Shown piece after piece: positions 51,062-64,000 of a stretch of 64,000 nt of DNA. The stretch lies in the NCBI RefSeq assembly GCF_009914755.1, contig NC_060927.1; one strand, 5' to 3'. Numbering within the stretch: position 1 is the first letter of the stretch; every line of letters begins with the position of its first letter. Source of the DNA: the human T2T-CHM13v2.0 reference genome, Homo sapiens. The position numbers were made by a program, and so were the translations under genes. Under the pieces are notes generated by a model. The model saw nothing but the letters and a program-made list of their open reading frames with translations, ran no database searches and had not been told where the DNA came from.

Positions 51062-51236
51062 TTCGGTTTGAATCTCTGTGATGCCACTAATTATGTGACT
51101 TGGGAAGTGGCTTGATCTTTCTGAGTCTTACTGTCTGTAAAATGGGGACAATATTATTTTGTAGATCTGTTATGAGAATTAAATAATATAGCTTATGTAA
51201 AGTACTCAGTGAAGTGCCTAGCACATAGTAATGCCT
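51062..51236 (+). mobile_element. MIR SINE
   Basis: Core tgtgacttgggaagtggcttga...ctgtaaaatggggacaata...gtgcctagcacatagtaa. Confidence 0.8.
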
Positions 51237-52374
51237 ATGTTAATCTAATTTGTCTGTCGATGATCTGCCTTTCTTGATACGTGGTAATATATGAAAGTAA
51301 TTTCAGTCTGTTAATGTCAGATAAAAATATTAGTAGTAATTGTCAGTGTTACTGTCATAAAACAATATCCATAACAATAATATCTAGGGACAATATATTT
51401 TAATATAATTGAAACATATTCTTTCATGTTTATTTTCTAATGGTTTTGTGTTGTCTTAAAGGTATTATTATATATCAAATATTTACTTTGTTAGAGATTT
51501 TGCACCTACCTATAATGACAAATCATTGGATTCCATGTTACCAATTCTTTCTTAGTTTCTTCTCTTAAGACATCTTTGTCTCTTAACTAGAGCCTAGTGT
51601 TTTCAGGTATCCTCATTTTTGAACTGTTGCCTCCATTTTCCTTCCTTTGACTCTCTAGTTTCTTATCTTATGACTCAGTAATTACAGCATCTTTAATTCA
51701 GCTAAAGTGGGCAAGTACATCATTGATGTTTAAAGTGCAGAGCAGTACAGAGAGCTAGAAGATCATAAGTTGTTTTGACTTTAAAACTTTTCTGGTTGTA
51801 CTATGGTTCTATGGAACAAAAGAAATTGCACTGTAGACAGCATTAAATTTCACCTATAGTTTCAAGTTAACTTTCCTAGATTGGCAACAAAATTAACATC
51901 TTGTTGAGAGACTTTCTGAAATGATAAAACAAGTGGGATAAATTCTCAAAAGACTGCTACTGACAAAACATAATCCTTAGCTGATGAAAATGGTGAAAAA
52001 ACAAATAATAATTCTAATTTTAGAAAATTAACATATATGAAGGATATATATTTTTATCTCTTTTTCTTTACCAATATCTTCCTTCTGTCTTTAAACATAG
52101 ATATGTGTCCTCTGACTTACAATTTTTTAACATGGCTTTCTATTCCATTCTATTAAGTCTTTCCATCCCATTGCTTTATGTTCAGATGAATTGGTGCTTT
52201 CTGCTTTCATTTTTCCTTTGTTTAATTTCACAAATTATCATGTCTATCCCATTTCTCTACTGACCCCTGCTCCCCTGAGTGGGCAGCACCCTGAATAGGC
52301 AAGACTGACTTTCTTCATATATCACTTACCCTTAATGGTGCACTGGATTATAAACTGTTAGTATGATAAGGGAC

Positions 52375-52800
52375 TATAGAGACCATGTAGTTGAAGCCTG
52401 TATTTTACAGGTGAGGAAACCAATGCCCATAGAAGCTATGTGACCTAATCAAGGCCACTTAATAAGTGGTAGAGATAAAGTCAGAACTCCTGTGCCCTGG
52501 TTTCTAACTCAGTGAAGTCATATGATTAAGTTATAACTTTGCAGTTCTAAAGGTAGAGGTAAAACAGGGTATCTTCCCTATATATGAATGGGGTTTCACT
52601 AATTACAGTAAAACGTAACATTTGCAAACTTATTGAGTGCCATATGCTTACTGAATGCTAAGTGTCTTGCATGGATAACCTCATTTAACTCTTACAGAAA
52701 TTCTGTGAGGTCAGAGATGTTTTTATCTCCTATATATTACCATTTTACATTTGGAGAAATTGAAGTAGATAATAAATAACTTGCCTAATATCAGACAGAG
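52375..52800 (-). mobile_element. Two MIR-like SINE fragments
   Basis: attttacaggtgaggaaaccaatgcccatagaagctatgtgacct, and ctcatttaactcttacag...cattttacatttggagaaattga. Confidence 0.6.
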
Positions 52801-53061
52801 TCATAGACTCACAGAGACCACATAGACAACAAACAGATGAAACACATTCAGTATCCTTTAGATAAAGATTGTCATGGGTTGACAGGACACTGAGTCCTTC
52901 TTTATCTGGTTGGGGATGGGAAGTAATTGGAGTGAAGAAAACAGCATTGTGCTGGTTAAATCTCGTCAAGTACATCAGTCTTGGCAAGGATTGGTTGTAT
53001 CTCCTGTATCCTCATGGACATTTCTACTCTCCCATATAGACATTATTTTAATTTTAATTTT

Positions 53062-53420
53062 TTTGGCTTATAACAGCCATAAGTTGGCTATTTATTATCT
53101 GACAGTTTCTTGGATTAGGAGTCCAGTTGTGGCTTAATTGGGTTCTCTGCTCAGGGTCTCTCAAGGCTCCAGTCAAAAGATGTCAGCTGTGCTGCATTCT
53201 CATCTGGAGGCACAACTGACAATGAATCCTCCTCCAGCAAATAATTCTGTTAGAGGAATTTATTTTCTTGCCACAGTAGGTATGAGGTCCTTCAGCTTCT
53301 TGCTGGCTGTCAACTTGAGTCTACTCTCACCTCCTAGCCAAAAGGGCCTCCCAATATGATCTATTGGTTCTTCTTGGCCAGCAAGGCTTCCAAGTTTCTA
53401 GAAAAAGCCTACTGGTAAGA
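53062..53420 (-). mobile_element. MaLR LTR fragment (MLT1-like)
   Basis: tttattatctgacagtttc...ggcttaattgggttctctgctcagggtctctcaaggct...ctgcattctcatctggagg is typical of antisense MLT1. Confidence 0.7.
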
Positions 53421-53427
53421 CAAAATG

Positions 53428-54853
53428 TTTATTTTTATTTTTTATTGTATATTGTCAATTTATAATGGCACATATTTTTGGGGTACAAAGTGATATTATA
53501 ATTTATGAATACAATGCACAATAATTTAATCAAGCTAGTTCACATATCCATAATCTCAAATATTAACATTTTTTGCTGTGATAATATTTAAAATTCATCC
53601 TGTCAACAATTTTGAAAAGTGAAATACTTTGTTATTAACTATATCCTCATGCTGTGCAATAGATCTAAATAAAAGCATATTCCTTCTGCCTGAGGATTTC
53701 GTACACTTTGACCATCATCTCCCCATTACTGCCTGCCCCAGCCGCTGTAACACCATTCTACTCTCAGCTTTTATGAATTTAACTGTTTTTGATTCTACAT
53801 ATAAGTAAGAACTTGCAGTATTTGTCTTTCTGTCCTGGCTTATTTTACTTAGCATAATGTTCCCCAATTCCATCATGTTGTTGCAAGAATTTCCTTCTTT
53901 TGTTGATAGAATTTCCTTCTTTTTAAAGGCTGAATGGTATTACACTGTGGATATATACCGTATTTTCTTTATCCATCTGTTGATGGACACTTAGGTTAAT
54001 TCCATAAGTTGGCTATTATGAATAGTTTTGCAATAAACTGGGAATGAAAACACCTCTTTTACAAAATAATTTTAAATCTTTTGATTAAATATCAAGAAAT
54101 GGGATTGCTGGATGATATGGTGATGCTATTTTTAATTTTTGATGAATCCCCATTCAGTTTTCTATAATGGCTCTACAAATTTGCATTCCCACCAAAAATC
54201 TGTAACAGTTCTCTTATCTGAACATCCTTGCCAACACTTGCTATCTTCTTTTTTTGATAATAGCTGTTCTGACAGGTGTGAGATGGTATCTCATTTTGGT
54301 TTTAGTTTGCATTTGCCTAATGATCAGCAATGTTGAGCATTTTTAAATACATCTGTTGACCATTTTTATCTCTTCTTTTGAGAAGTGTCTATTGAGATTC
54401 TTTGCCCATTTTTGGTATTTTTCTTTTGTTTTGTTTTCTTGCTATTGAGTTGTTTGAACTTCTGGCATATTTTGGATATTAACTTCTTATTGAATAGATC
54501 ACAACTATTTTCTCCCAATATGTAGGTTGTCTGTGTACACAGTTAATTGTTTCCTTTGCTGTGCAGCTTTTTGGTTTTGAGTGATTCCTTTTGTCCATTT
54601 TTGCTTTTGTTGCCTGTGATTTTGGCGCCAAATACAAAGAATTACTGTGTAGACCAAAGTCATGGAGCTTTTTATTCCATGTTTTCTTCTATTACTGTTA
54701 CAGTGTCTCTCCTTAAAATCAGAGGTTTAAGTCTTTAATCCATTATGAGTTGATTTTTTTTATGTGGTGTAAGACAAAGGTCCAATTTTGTTCTTCTGTA
54801 TGTGGATACTAATTTTCCCAACACTGTTTGTATAAGAGACTATCCATTTCCCA
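53428..54853 (-). mobile_element. LINE-1 (L1MA-like) 3' portion
   Basis: T-rich tail followed by a typical antisense L1 3'UTR and ORF2 end (ggcttattttacttagcataatg, ttgcattcccaccaa, gagatggtatctcatt). Confidence 0.9.
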
Positions 54854-54854
54854 T

Positions 54855-55498
54855 AAGCAAATACAGTAAAACTGCATCATATGAAATCAACAAACAAAAA
54901 ATAATAGCATTTCTATACACTAACAACAAACTATCTGAACAAGAAATTAAGAAAACACTCCATTTGTAATAGCAACAAAAATATTTAGGAATAACTTTAA
55001 GCAAGAAAGTGAAATATCTTAACGCTGGAAACTATAAAACATTTTTAAAAAGTTGAAGTGGACACAAATAAATGGAAAGATATTCTATGTTCATGGATTA
55101 GAAAAATTAATATTGTTAAAATGTCTGTACTATCCAATGTGCTCTACAAATTCAATGCAATCTCTATCACAATTCCAGTGACAATTTTCACAGATTTGTA
55201 TATTGGAACCCAGAATACCCAAGTCAATCATGAGCAAAAGGAACAAAGCTGAAGGTATCACAGTACCTGATTTCAAAAATTGGAACACAGACTAGCCAAG
55301 TCAATCATGAGAACAAAGAACAAATCTGAAGGTATCACACTACCCGATTTCAAACTATACACAGCTGCAGCACAGAATGTAAAGCTACAGTAATTAAAAT
55401 AGCATGTACATGGGCCAATGGGACAGAATACAGAGCCCAGAAATGAACCTGTGAATGTATGGCCAATAGATTTTTGACAAAGGTGCCAAGACTATGCA
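54855..55498 (+). mobile_element. LINE-1 ORF2 fragment, inverted 5' part of the adjacent L1
   Basis: Sense L1 ORF2 sequence; the ORF at 55058-55252 translates as NKWKDILCSWIRKINIVKMSVL, an L1 ORF2p motif. Confidence 0.9.
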
Positions 55499-56169
55499 CT
55501 GACTTATTATGTTAAGAGTACATAATTCATACCTCTTTTACAGTGCATGTCATTTTCTATTTAAAATAATATCTATATATTATAATAATATTTTCTATTT
55601 AAAATAATATGTATCACTGTACATAAGAATCTATTATACAATGGGGAACAAAACAGAGAGTCACCATAACACTTAGAACAAGGGTAATAATCTAACCCCT
55701 ATTGTTCTTCAAAGAAACCTGTATTAACTCCCCCATGCCACTAGATTTTTATATTCCTCATAATCTAGTGCCACTACTTCAATCTACATTCCCATGTTTC
55801 CCACCCATTGCTTTTCAGCATACTCTTTTTACATCACATTTTGGGAAGTCATCCCAGTAGAGCAAAACATAGTCATTTCAACTTTTGTGTAATTAATTTA
55901 TTGAGTCATTAATTTTACAGTCATTGAACAACTACTACAGATGAGAGGCTTAGCTGAACTAAGGAAATAAAGTGAGGAAGACAGTTGTCTTTAATTTTAT
56001 CACAGGCTAAAAAAAGAGATAGAAGCCTAGACATGATTACTTCTTATTCTTATCGTTGGTGTTATTAAATAGTATTTATTTAATTAAATTATTAAATTAA
56101 AATATTAAATAGTATTACTGACCACGTGTTTATATTTTAGGCATATATATAGTAATTGTATAATAATAT

Positions 56170-56375
56170 TTTATGTTATTCTATGGTTTGTTATGTACCA
56201 AGCACTGTGCTTTTCCTATATTAGTTCACCAAGTCCTGTGAGATAGGTGTTACTAGTTCCATTTTAAGAGAAAGCTGAGGCTCATGCAGGTAAACAATAT
56301 GTCTAAGGGCTGCCTAGCAGGTAAGTTTTAGAGATATAATCAACAACAGCAATCCAGTACTAAAGCCCATGCATA
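56170..56375 (-). mobile_element. MIR SINE fragment
   Basis: cctgtgagataggtgttactagttccattttaagagaaagctgaggctca. Confidence 0.6.
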
Positions 56376-58881
56376 TTCTGTTTTATTATGGTCCTTCTCT
56401 GGTATTACTGAGCCAAAGCTCAGATATCAATTAGTTCTTTTCAGAGGATTTGGAGATGATTTCACAGCGGAGGTAATATGTAAACAAGGTCTGAAGGAGG
56501 TCATATGTAACAAGGTCTGAAAGTAAGTCCATGTATTTCAACCCAAGACAAACATAAAGCTATGAAATAGCATGCTGTGACAGTTTATTGTTGAGTAACT
56601 ACGTATACATGTTATGTAGTCTGTGACACCTAAGGATTTTGGGCCCTACTCTGCTTAGCCAATGGAAATAGAACAATAGACTTGGAGTTCACAAACATAG
56701 GTACAAAAAGTAGCTATTCTTCACATAATTTGAAATTGTTCCTGTGCATATATTGCTTTATGCTGGAACCATAGCTTTCTGGAGAATAGGATCTATACCT
56801 TTTATTTGTTTCATAAAGTTTAATATCACACAGTAAAGACTTCTTAAATAAATGAATAAGCTGGACAAGGGAACTAGGAAGTTGTTTGATCTACCTGTAC
56901 ACTGAATAACAACATAATATTACTACTAATCATAACATTAAAATGCTAGTATGACTTCTGAAGCTGATGATTCTCTTCTTTGAAACATGCTAGTGAGGCC
57001 AGTAGTGGAGATTTGATCATATCGGCTTTCTCTTCCTTTCATAGACATAGACATTGGCCTAGACCATTTCTGTGCTTTTGAGAAGGACCCTGTGAGAGTA
57101 TATGGATCAGATGCTGCAAATTCATCATTGCCAGTCTTTAAAGAAACTTAAAGTGCATGCTCTCCTGGCAGTGAGACTGAAAATGTCAAGTTTGCATTGG
57201 AAAATCTGCAATACTTTTATAGTTGACCTCACTAATCATGTTACATATAAATCAAATTGTGTTGCAAATTTATCATATTTTTCTTGGCATACCTTATAAA
57301 AAAACAAATACCAGAGCATATCCTTAAGAAGATTTATTTTAAATCATCTTTCTGCTAGAAATAAGGCTAGTCTTCTACTTCTTACCTCAGAATGCTAGGC
57401 CTAATTCAGCGACCCGTAATTTCCCATACAGTTATTTAAATAGAATATGAGAAAGTTTAAATCAATGTAATCTCTCAGTTGTTTAAAAAGCAAAATAAAA
57501 AACCTAAACCGAAATACTTATCTTATGTCTCACATATCAAGGAAAGACTATAGATAAACACTGATATGTCACAAAAGCTTTGTAATAATATTAAAATTGA
57601 AGGGTAGGGAGTCATATTAATTTTCAAAAAGTTGATGAGTATAAAATTCAATCTTTTAAAAGATTTTTCATTGTAATATATCTACAAAATAATATTTTAA
57701 TAAGGACAATTAACTCCTCACAATGATTTATAATGATCATTTTACAAAGTAGATATTTAACAAAGTCGATTAGCTTTTTAAAACCTATTATTATAGATAC
57801 ATAATTGCATGGAAGTAGCATGCATACAAAATATTTCAAAGATTTTAGTAAATTTACTTAGCTCTCTGACAATAAAAAAAATAGGAAGATAACAAAACTG
57901 TTTGCAAACTGTAGAGACAATATTGAGTGATTTGGAATTATTGTTAGTATAATAAAATCAAATACTAAATGTTATGAAAAAAGTTATATGTAGCCAAAAT
58001 CCTGAGAGGGAAAGGTAATTCTCAATGGGAAAAACAGATTTGATCATATCAATCATATTAAAAACTAGTTTAAAACCGTAATTTGAATTAGTGCAGATTT
58101 TTAAAACTTTTATTAGCTACTACAGTCTTGTGATATTTTTATTGAGCTTTTATTATTCTTATGTTGTAAGACCAGGACATATGGAAATCTCGGAGCTTTT
58201 ACCAGTAACTAAATATTCAACTGAACTCTTTCCTCTTCCTTTCTTGCTTCACTTTATCTTGAGGCGTAAAGAAAAAAAAAGAAAAAAAAAAAGCTCACCA
58301 GGAAAGAGAGAAATGCTACATTGCAAAATGAATTGTGAGAATATCATGACCAAAAATTTGTGACTGACTCACAAACAAAATAAGGAAGAGACAGGACAGT
58401 AATATAAAGAGAAAACATTTTTAAAGGATTGTTTTTGAGAGAGTTGTGCTATGAATTCCATCTTCTCATTGAGTTAGAAAGAGAAGAATGTCTGCCTAAC
58501 CTCAAGCCTAATAAGAAGGATTTCAGTGAGATTACTTTGAGAGCTTGGTGTGTGTCCTTCATAATTGAGAGGCTTAGCAGGCTGGTGCTTGAGTCAGGAC
58601 CAACAAAGATAAAAGGACTAGTGTCAACAGAGTGAACAAATTTTTCTTCAAAGAACTTACACTCATTTTCATGAGTCAAATGTGCTGTAATATTGCGTAT
58701 TGCATTCTCCAGGAAGCAGATACTGGAACAGTGATTAGCTAGCTTGCAAAAATATATTAGTGAGTACTCTGGGATCAACAGCTGCATAAGGGAGAGTTGA
58801 GAATGAAGTTGAGCCGGGAAGTTGAATGGCTCTTCAGCGTTTACATGACTTGGGACAAGGGGGCAAGCCTGTTATGTCCCC

Positions 58882-59262
<381 letters not shown>

Positions 59263-59571
59263 TAATCCAAAACAGCTGATAGCTAAGAGTGACCCACCCA
59301 CTACGTGGCTAATTAAGTCCTTCTTCCTGAAGAGAAAGCTGGATGGTTAATTACAACATTCATCCCAAATTCTGAGTTCTATATAAGGAGCCCACAGAGG
59401 GAATGCCAGACTGCGGTCTTCTGCCTCCTAAGGTGAGAACATACCAGGAGTAAGTCTGATGAAGTATATCATTGTGGCTTAAGACAAGAGTGTATTTGAA
59501 GTGACCAGGTGAAGTAAGAACACTGTCAGAGCCAGGAGAATTATATCACAAGACCTAAAGGGAGATTCTCT

Positions 59572-59880
59572 TTAGCTGTCCAATAGGAAAGATATAGTGA
59601 ATTACATATGTAATTCAAAATTTTGTGAGCCACAGTTTTATAAAGTAAAAAAGTAAAATTCATTTAAAAATTATTTATTATTTATATTTTATAACCTAAA
59701 ATACAATTTAAGAAACTGTATATTCTATTTCAACATTGTAGTCAAAAATAAAAAATTGTTGAGATATTTTACAGCATTTTGTCATACTAAGCCTTTGAAA
59801 TCAGTGTGTATTTTACTCTTACAATAATCACATTTCAAGCGTGTAGTAGCCTCATGTGTCTGTAGATTGAGCAGTGCAGC
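59572..59880. mobile_element. MER33/MER3-like hAT element
   Basis: gctgtccaatag start, catactaagcctttgaaatcagtgtgtattttact, cacatttcaagc...gagcagtgcagctctag end. Confidence 0.7.
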
Positions 59881-61348
59881 TCTAGAGAACCAACAAAAAT
59901 GTCTCTAGAGAGAAGTCAGCTTTAAATATTTGCCAGACCTAGAAATTTCCAATCCATTATATGATAGTGGCAATCAAATCAGAATTTTTTACGTCTCTTA
60001 CCTCTAGCCAAACCTACCCTTGAAAATGTCAGAAACAGCAGCTGTTGAGTTGGAAAGAAAGAAGCTGACTATGCCTGCCTCCCCATGGGCAATCAGCTCA
60101 AACTATTTGAGAGATGGAATTATATTACCTTAAGTAAAGAAAAATGTGTTGAATGTTTGAAGTAAATTGAATGTTTAGAACTTCGTAAATTGAAACCATG
60201 AACACATACTAAAGAGACTACTTTTTTCAACAGTTTTATTGACATATAATTGACATCTAATCAACTGCACATATATAAAGTGTACAATGTATTAAGTTTG
60301 ACATACACATACACTTATGAGACTATCACCACAATCTAGATAATGAACATATTCATCACTCCAAAAAATTTTTTCCTGCCTCTTCTTAATCCATACCTCC
60401 TGCTTCTCCCTCCCTCCTTGCTCCCAGGCAACCACTGTTCTTTTTGTTACTTATAATAGTTCAAATTTTGTAGAATTTTTTATAAATGGCATAATGAAGT
60501 ATAATATCTTGTTTGTCTAGTGTCTTTCACATAGCGTAATTATTTTGAGATTTATTCATGTTGTTGCATGTATCTGCACCTTATTTCTTTTTATTGGTGA
60601 GTAATACTCCCTTGTATAGATATACTAAAATTTTCTTCTACATAACTGTCATTTTACAAAAAATAAAATAAGAATAGATAAACCAAACTTTGTTTGTATA
60701 TTCACCTGCTTTGAATATTTGGATTGTTTCCATTTGGGGGCTATTACAAATAAGGCTGTTCTGAATATTTGTGTACAAGTCACTACATGAACATATATAC
60801 TAATTCTCAGGCAAATATCTAAGAGAGGAATCATTGGATCATATTATAGGTAAGTCCATGTTTAATATTTAATTAAATTGCCAAATTGTTTTCTAAAGTA
60901 ATTGTACCATTTTACATTGCCACCAGCAATTTGTGAGAATTGTAGTTGTTCTGCCTCATTCAGAACACTTGATATAGTCAGTCTTTTAAATTTTATATTT
61001 TCTATTATGTATACAGTGTATGTCACTGTGGTTTTAATGTGCTTTTCCTTAATGAGAAATGTTGTTGAATATTTTTTTCGGAAGCCTAATTTATATCCAT
61101 AGATTGTTCTATGTCAGTGTTTTCTTATGACCTTATTTGCTATTTGTAGACCTTCTAGATGAAGTGCGAGTCAAATCTTTTGACTATTTTAAAACATTGG
61201 GTTTGTTTTCTTATTTTTGAGTTTTGAAAGTTCTTTATATGTTCTGGACACAAGTCCTTTATCAGATATATGATTTACGAATATTGTCTTCTTGTCTTTG
61301 GCTTATATTTCCCTTCTCTTGCTGTTTTTGAAGAGCAGAAGTTTTTTA

Positions 61349-62108
<760 letters not shown>

Positions 62109-63807
62109 TAGTTTTTGTTTTTACATTTAAGTCATGATCTATTTTGAGTTAATAATTGTATTTAGTAAAAATATAAAAAATGTATCCCTTTCTTGAAAAT
62201 ATCACCGTGTTTCACTGCATGATGCCAAATATCTCAAAAGGTATTGTTTTATATATTTTGCCCAGTTGTTTCAAATTGACTTACTTTTACTTAAGAGTGA
62301 ACTGTAAAGCTTTAGAACCTATACCAGTTTGTATTCAGAAATACCAATATGTGCCCTAATTCCTCCATTTTACATGTAGAAGTTGCATAATCTTCAATAT
62401 TAGAACACTTATTTTTTAGACAATTTTAAAATAAGTTGATATTTTAGGTGTTGACTAATTAACCTATAAAAATGAGGAGATGATTTCCCATCACCATTCT
62501 CATAAGGAATGGATTCTTAATAATGGCCTTTCAAATTTCTCTTTGTATATCTAGCAAATTCTAGCCAATTATGATAATATTGGGGAACTCAAAGGAAAGC
62601 TGAAACTAGAAACATGTTTTAAATATATTTCAATGCAATGAAAACTGGCATTTACTTTTTTTTCTGAAAATGCATAGTGTTAAAGAAAATGCATATTCTA
62701 ATTTCAAATAATATTGTCAAATTTTAATATGTCATAAGACTACCTATTATTTGCTGACTTTCTCCTTCCAAGACATTTCTTTTCTTTTCTCAAGGCTTTC
62801 CAATTTGTTAATTTCTCCCAAATTTCAAATCACAAATTTGCATCAATTTCTAAAAGGTTATATGACAATCATCTTGAAATTTATTTTGTCTGTCAATCAC
62901 AAGATTAACCTACTTTTATTCATTCAATTCATTGATAAATCACTTTAAAATTAAAAAAAAACCTGAGAGAAAGATCTGATCCAGTTTGTTCATAGACTTG
63001 AGGTGAATTCTATGGGTGTACATCAGAACTGGACAGTGATATCAGGTGATGGTACGTACACATTGTTGTATTTAAAATAGATTCTCCTTTTTATCACGTA
63101 AGTCTCTGAAAAGTTTCCAGACAAACTGGAGGTCATTTTTGTTGACCTACATATTGGACTGAAAAAAAATTCTGAGTTGGAACTTAGTGTGCTAAGTTTT
63201 ATGCAAGTCCTGGTTCACTTTTATCATTTTTCTCATTCAAAAATATTTTAAAAATCATTTAAGTAAAAATGGGAGTGTTTATCTTTCACTCATTCCAGAG
63301 TATTTTCCCAACTCTATCAGTGTTTTAATAAGCTCCAAAAAATAAGTTTTTAGAAAAGGGAAGTGATGTCAAGAGTTGAGGAACCCCACTGCAACACACT
63401 AAAGAACAGAATTAATGTGTCTTTGATAAAAAGGTCAGAAAAGAAATGCCAATAGCAATATTTTATAAATGATTTCACCAATCAAAAGTATAAAGGACAC
63501 AAGAAAACTGAGCCACCAGCAGGTCTTCAAAGCAGTTTCTGACTCCTTGTGTCTTTAAACTTTAGACTTAAGAAATCACACCAGTTGTAACATGTGGGGC
63601 AATATGATCATTACAAATTTGACCAGTATTTAACAATTGCCTACATAAATCAGAATTAAGCGTTTCTATGCTCTCGTGTCTGACACCTTAATGTTGCAGT
63701 ACAGAATTCTTGAACCCAGTTATGACAGTCTTCAATTTTGTTTTTCTGCTTCTTTTCTTAACATGCGTATACCTAGATCAGGCCATTGTCTGAAACCTTT
63801 CTGCTAA

Positions 63808-63962
63808 AAAGGTGTTTTGCAGATCAGCAACATTAGCATCACCTGGGAGCTCATTAAAAATGCAGAATCTGAGGCCCCACTTAGGACCTACTGAATTAGA
63901 ATCTGCAGTTTAATGTTGTACCCGGAAGACACCTATGCATATTAAAACGTCGGAAGCATTGG
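63808..63962. mobile_element. MER5A-like element
   Basis: agcatcacctgggagctcattaaaaatgcagaatctgaggcccca...gacctactgaattagaatctgca. Confidence 0.8.
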
Positions 63963-64000
63963 ATTAAAGGACTCTCGTAAGTGTCTGAGAGAGTCTTGCT

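Overview
AT-rich primate (almost certainly human) genomic DNA, rich in Alu, L1, L2, MIR, MER and MLT repeats, with one protein-coding gene: SLITRK3 on the minus strand. Its whole 977-aa CDS (15716->12783) lies in one exon, which starts at a splice acceptor 21 nt upstream of the ATG and continues as a ~1.2 kb 3'UTR to an AATAAA at 11634-11629. The 5' region has a CpG-island promoter (~20.1-22.3 kb) with a non-coding first exon (donor at 21473) and a long (GA)n tract. A second promoter-like block inside intron 1 ends in a perfect donor at 17383. A small CpG-rich island at ~31.8-32.1 kb carries a CTCF-like motif and probably starts a plus-strand lncRNA. The rest is intergenic or intronic repeat-derived sequence. 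I found no new gene system. The most interesting hypotheses are regulatory: a strong-Kozak uORF whose reading frame depends on GA-microsatellite length, a spliced uORF ending 13 nt before the SLITRK3 ATG, divergent CTCF-like sites flanking the gene, a twin-primed L1 inversion and a closely spaced inverted Alu pair. Repeat subfamily calls are by eye, and their boundaries are approximate.
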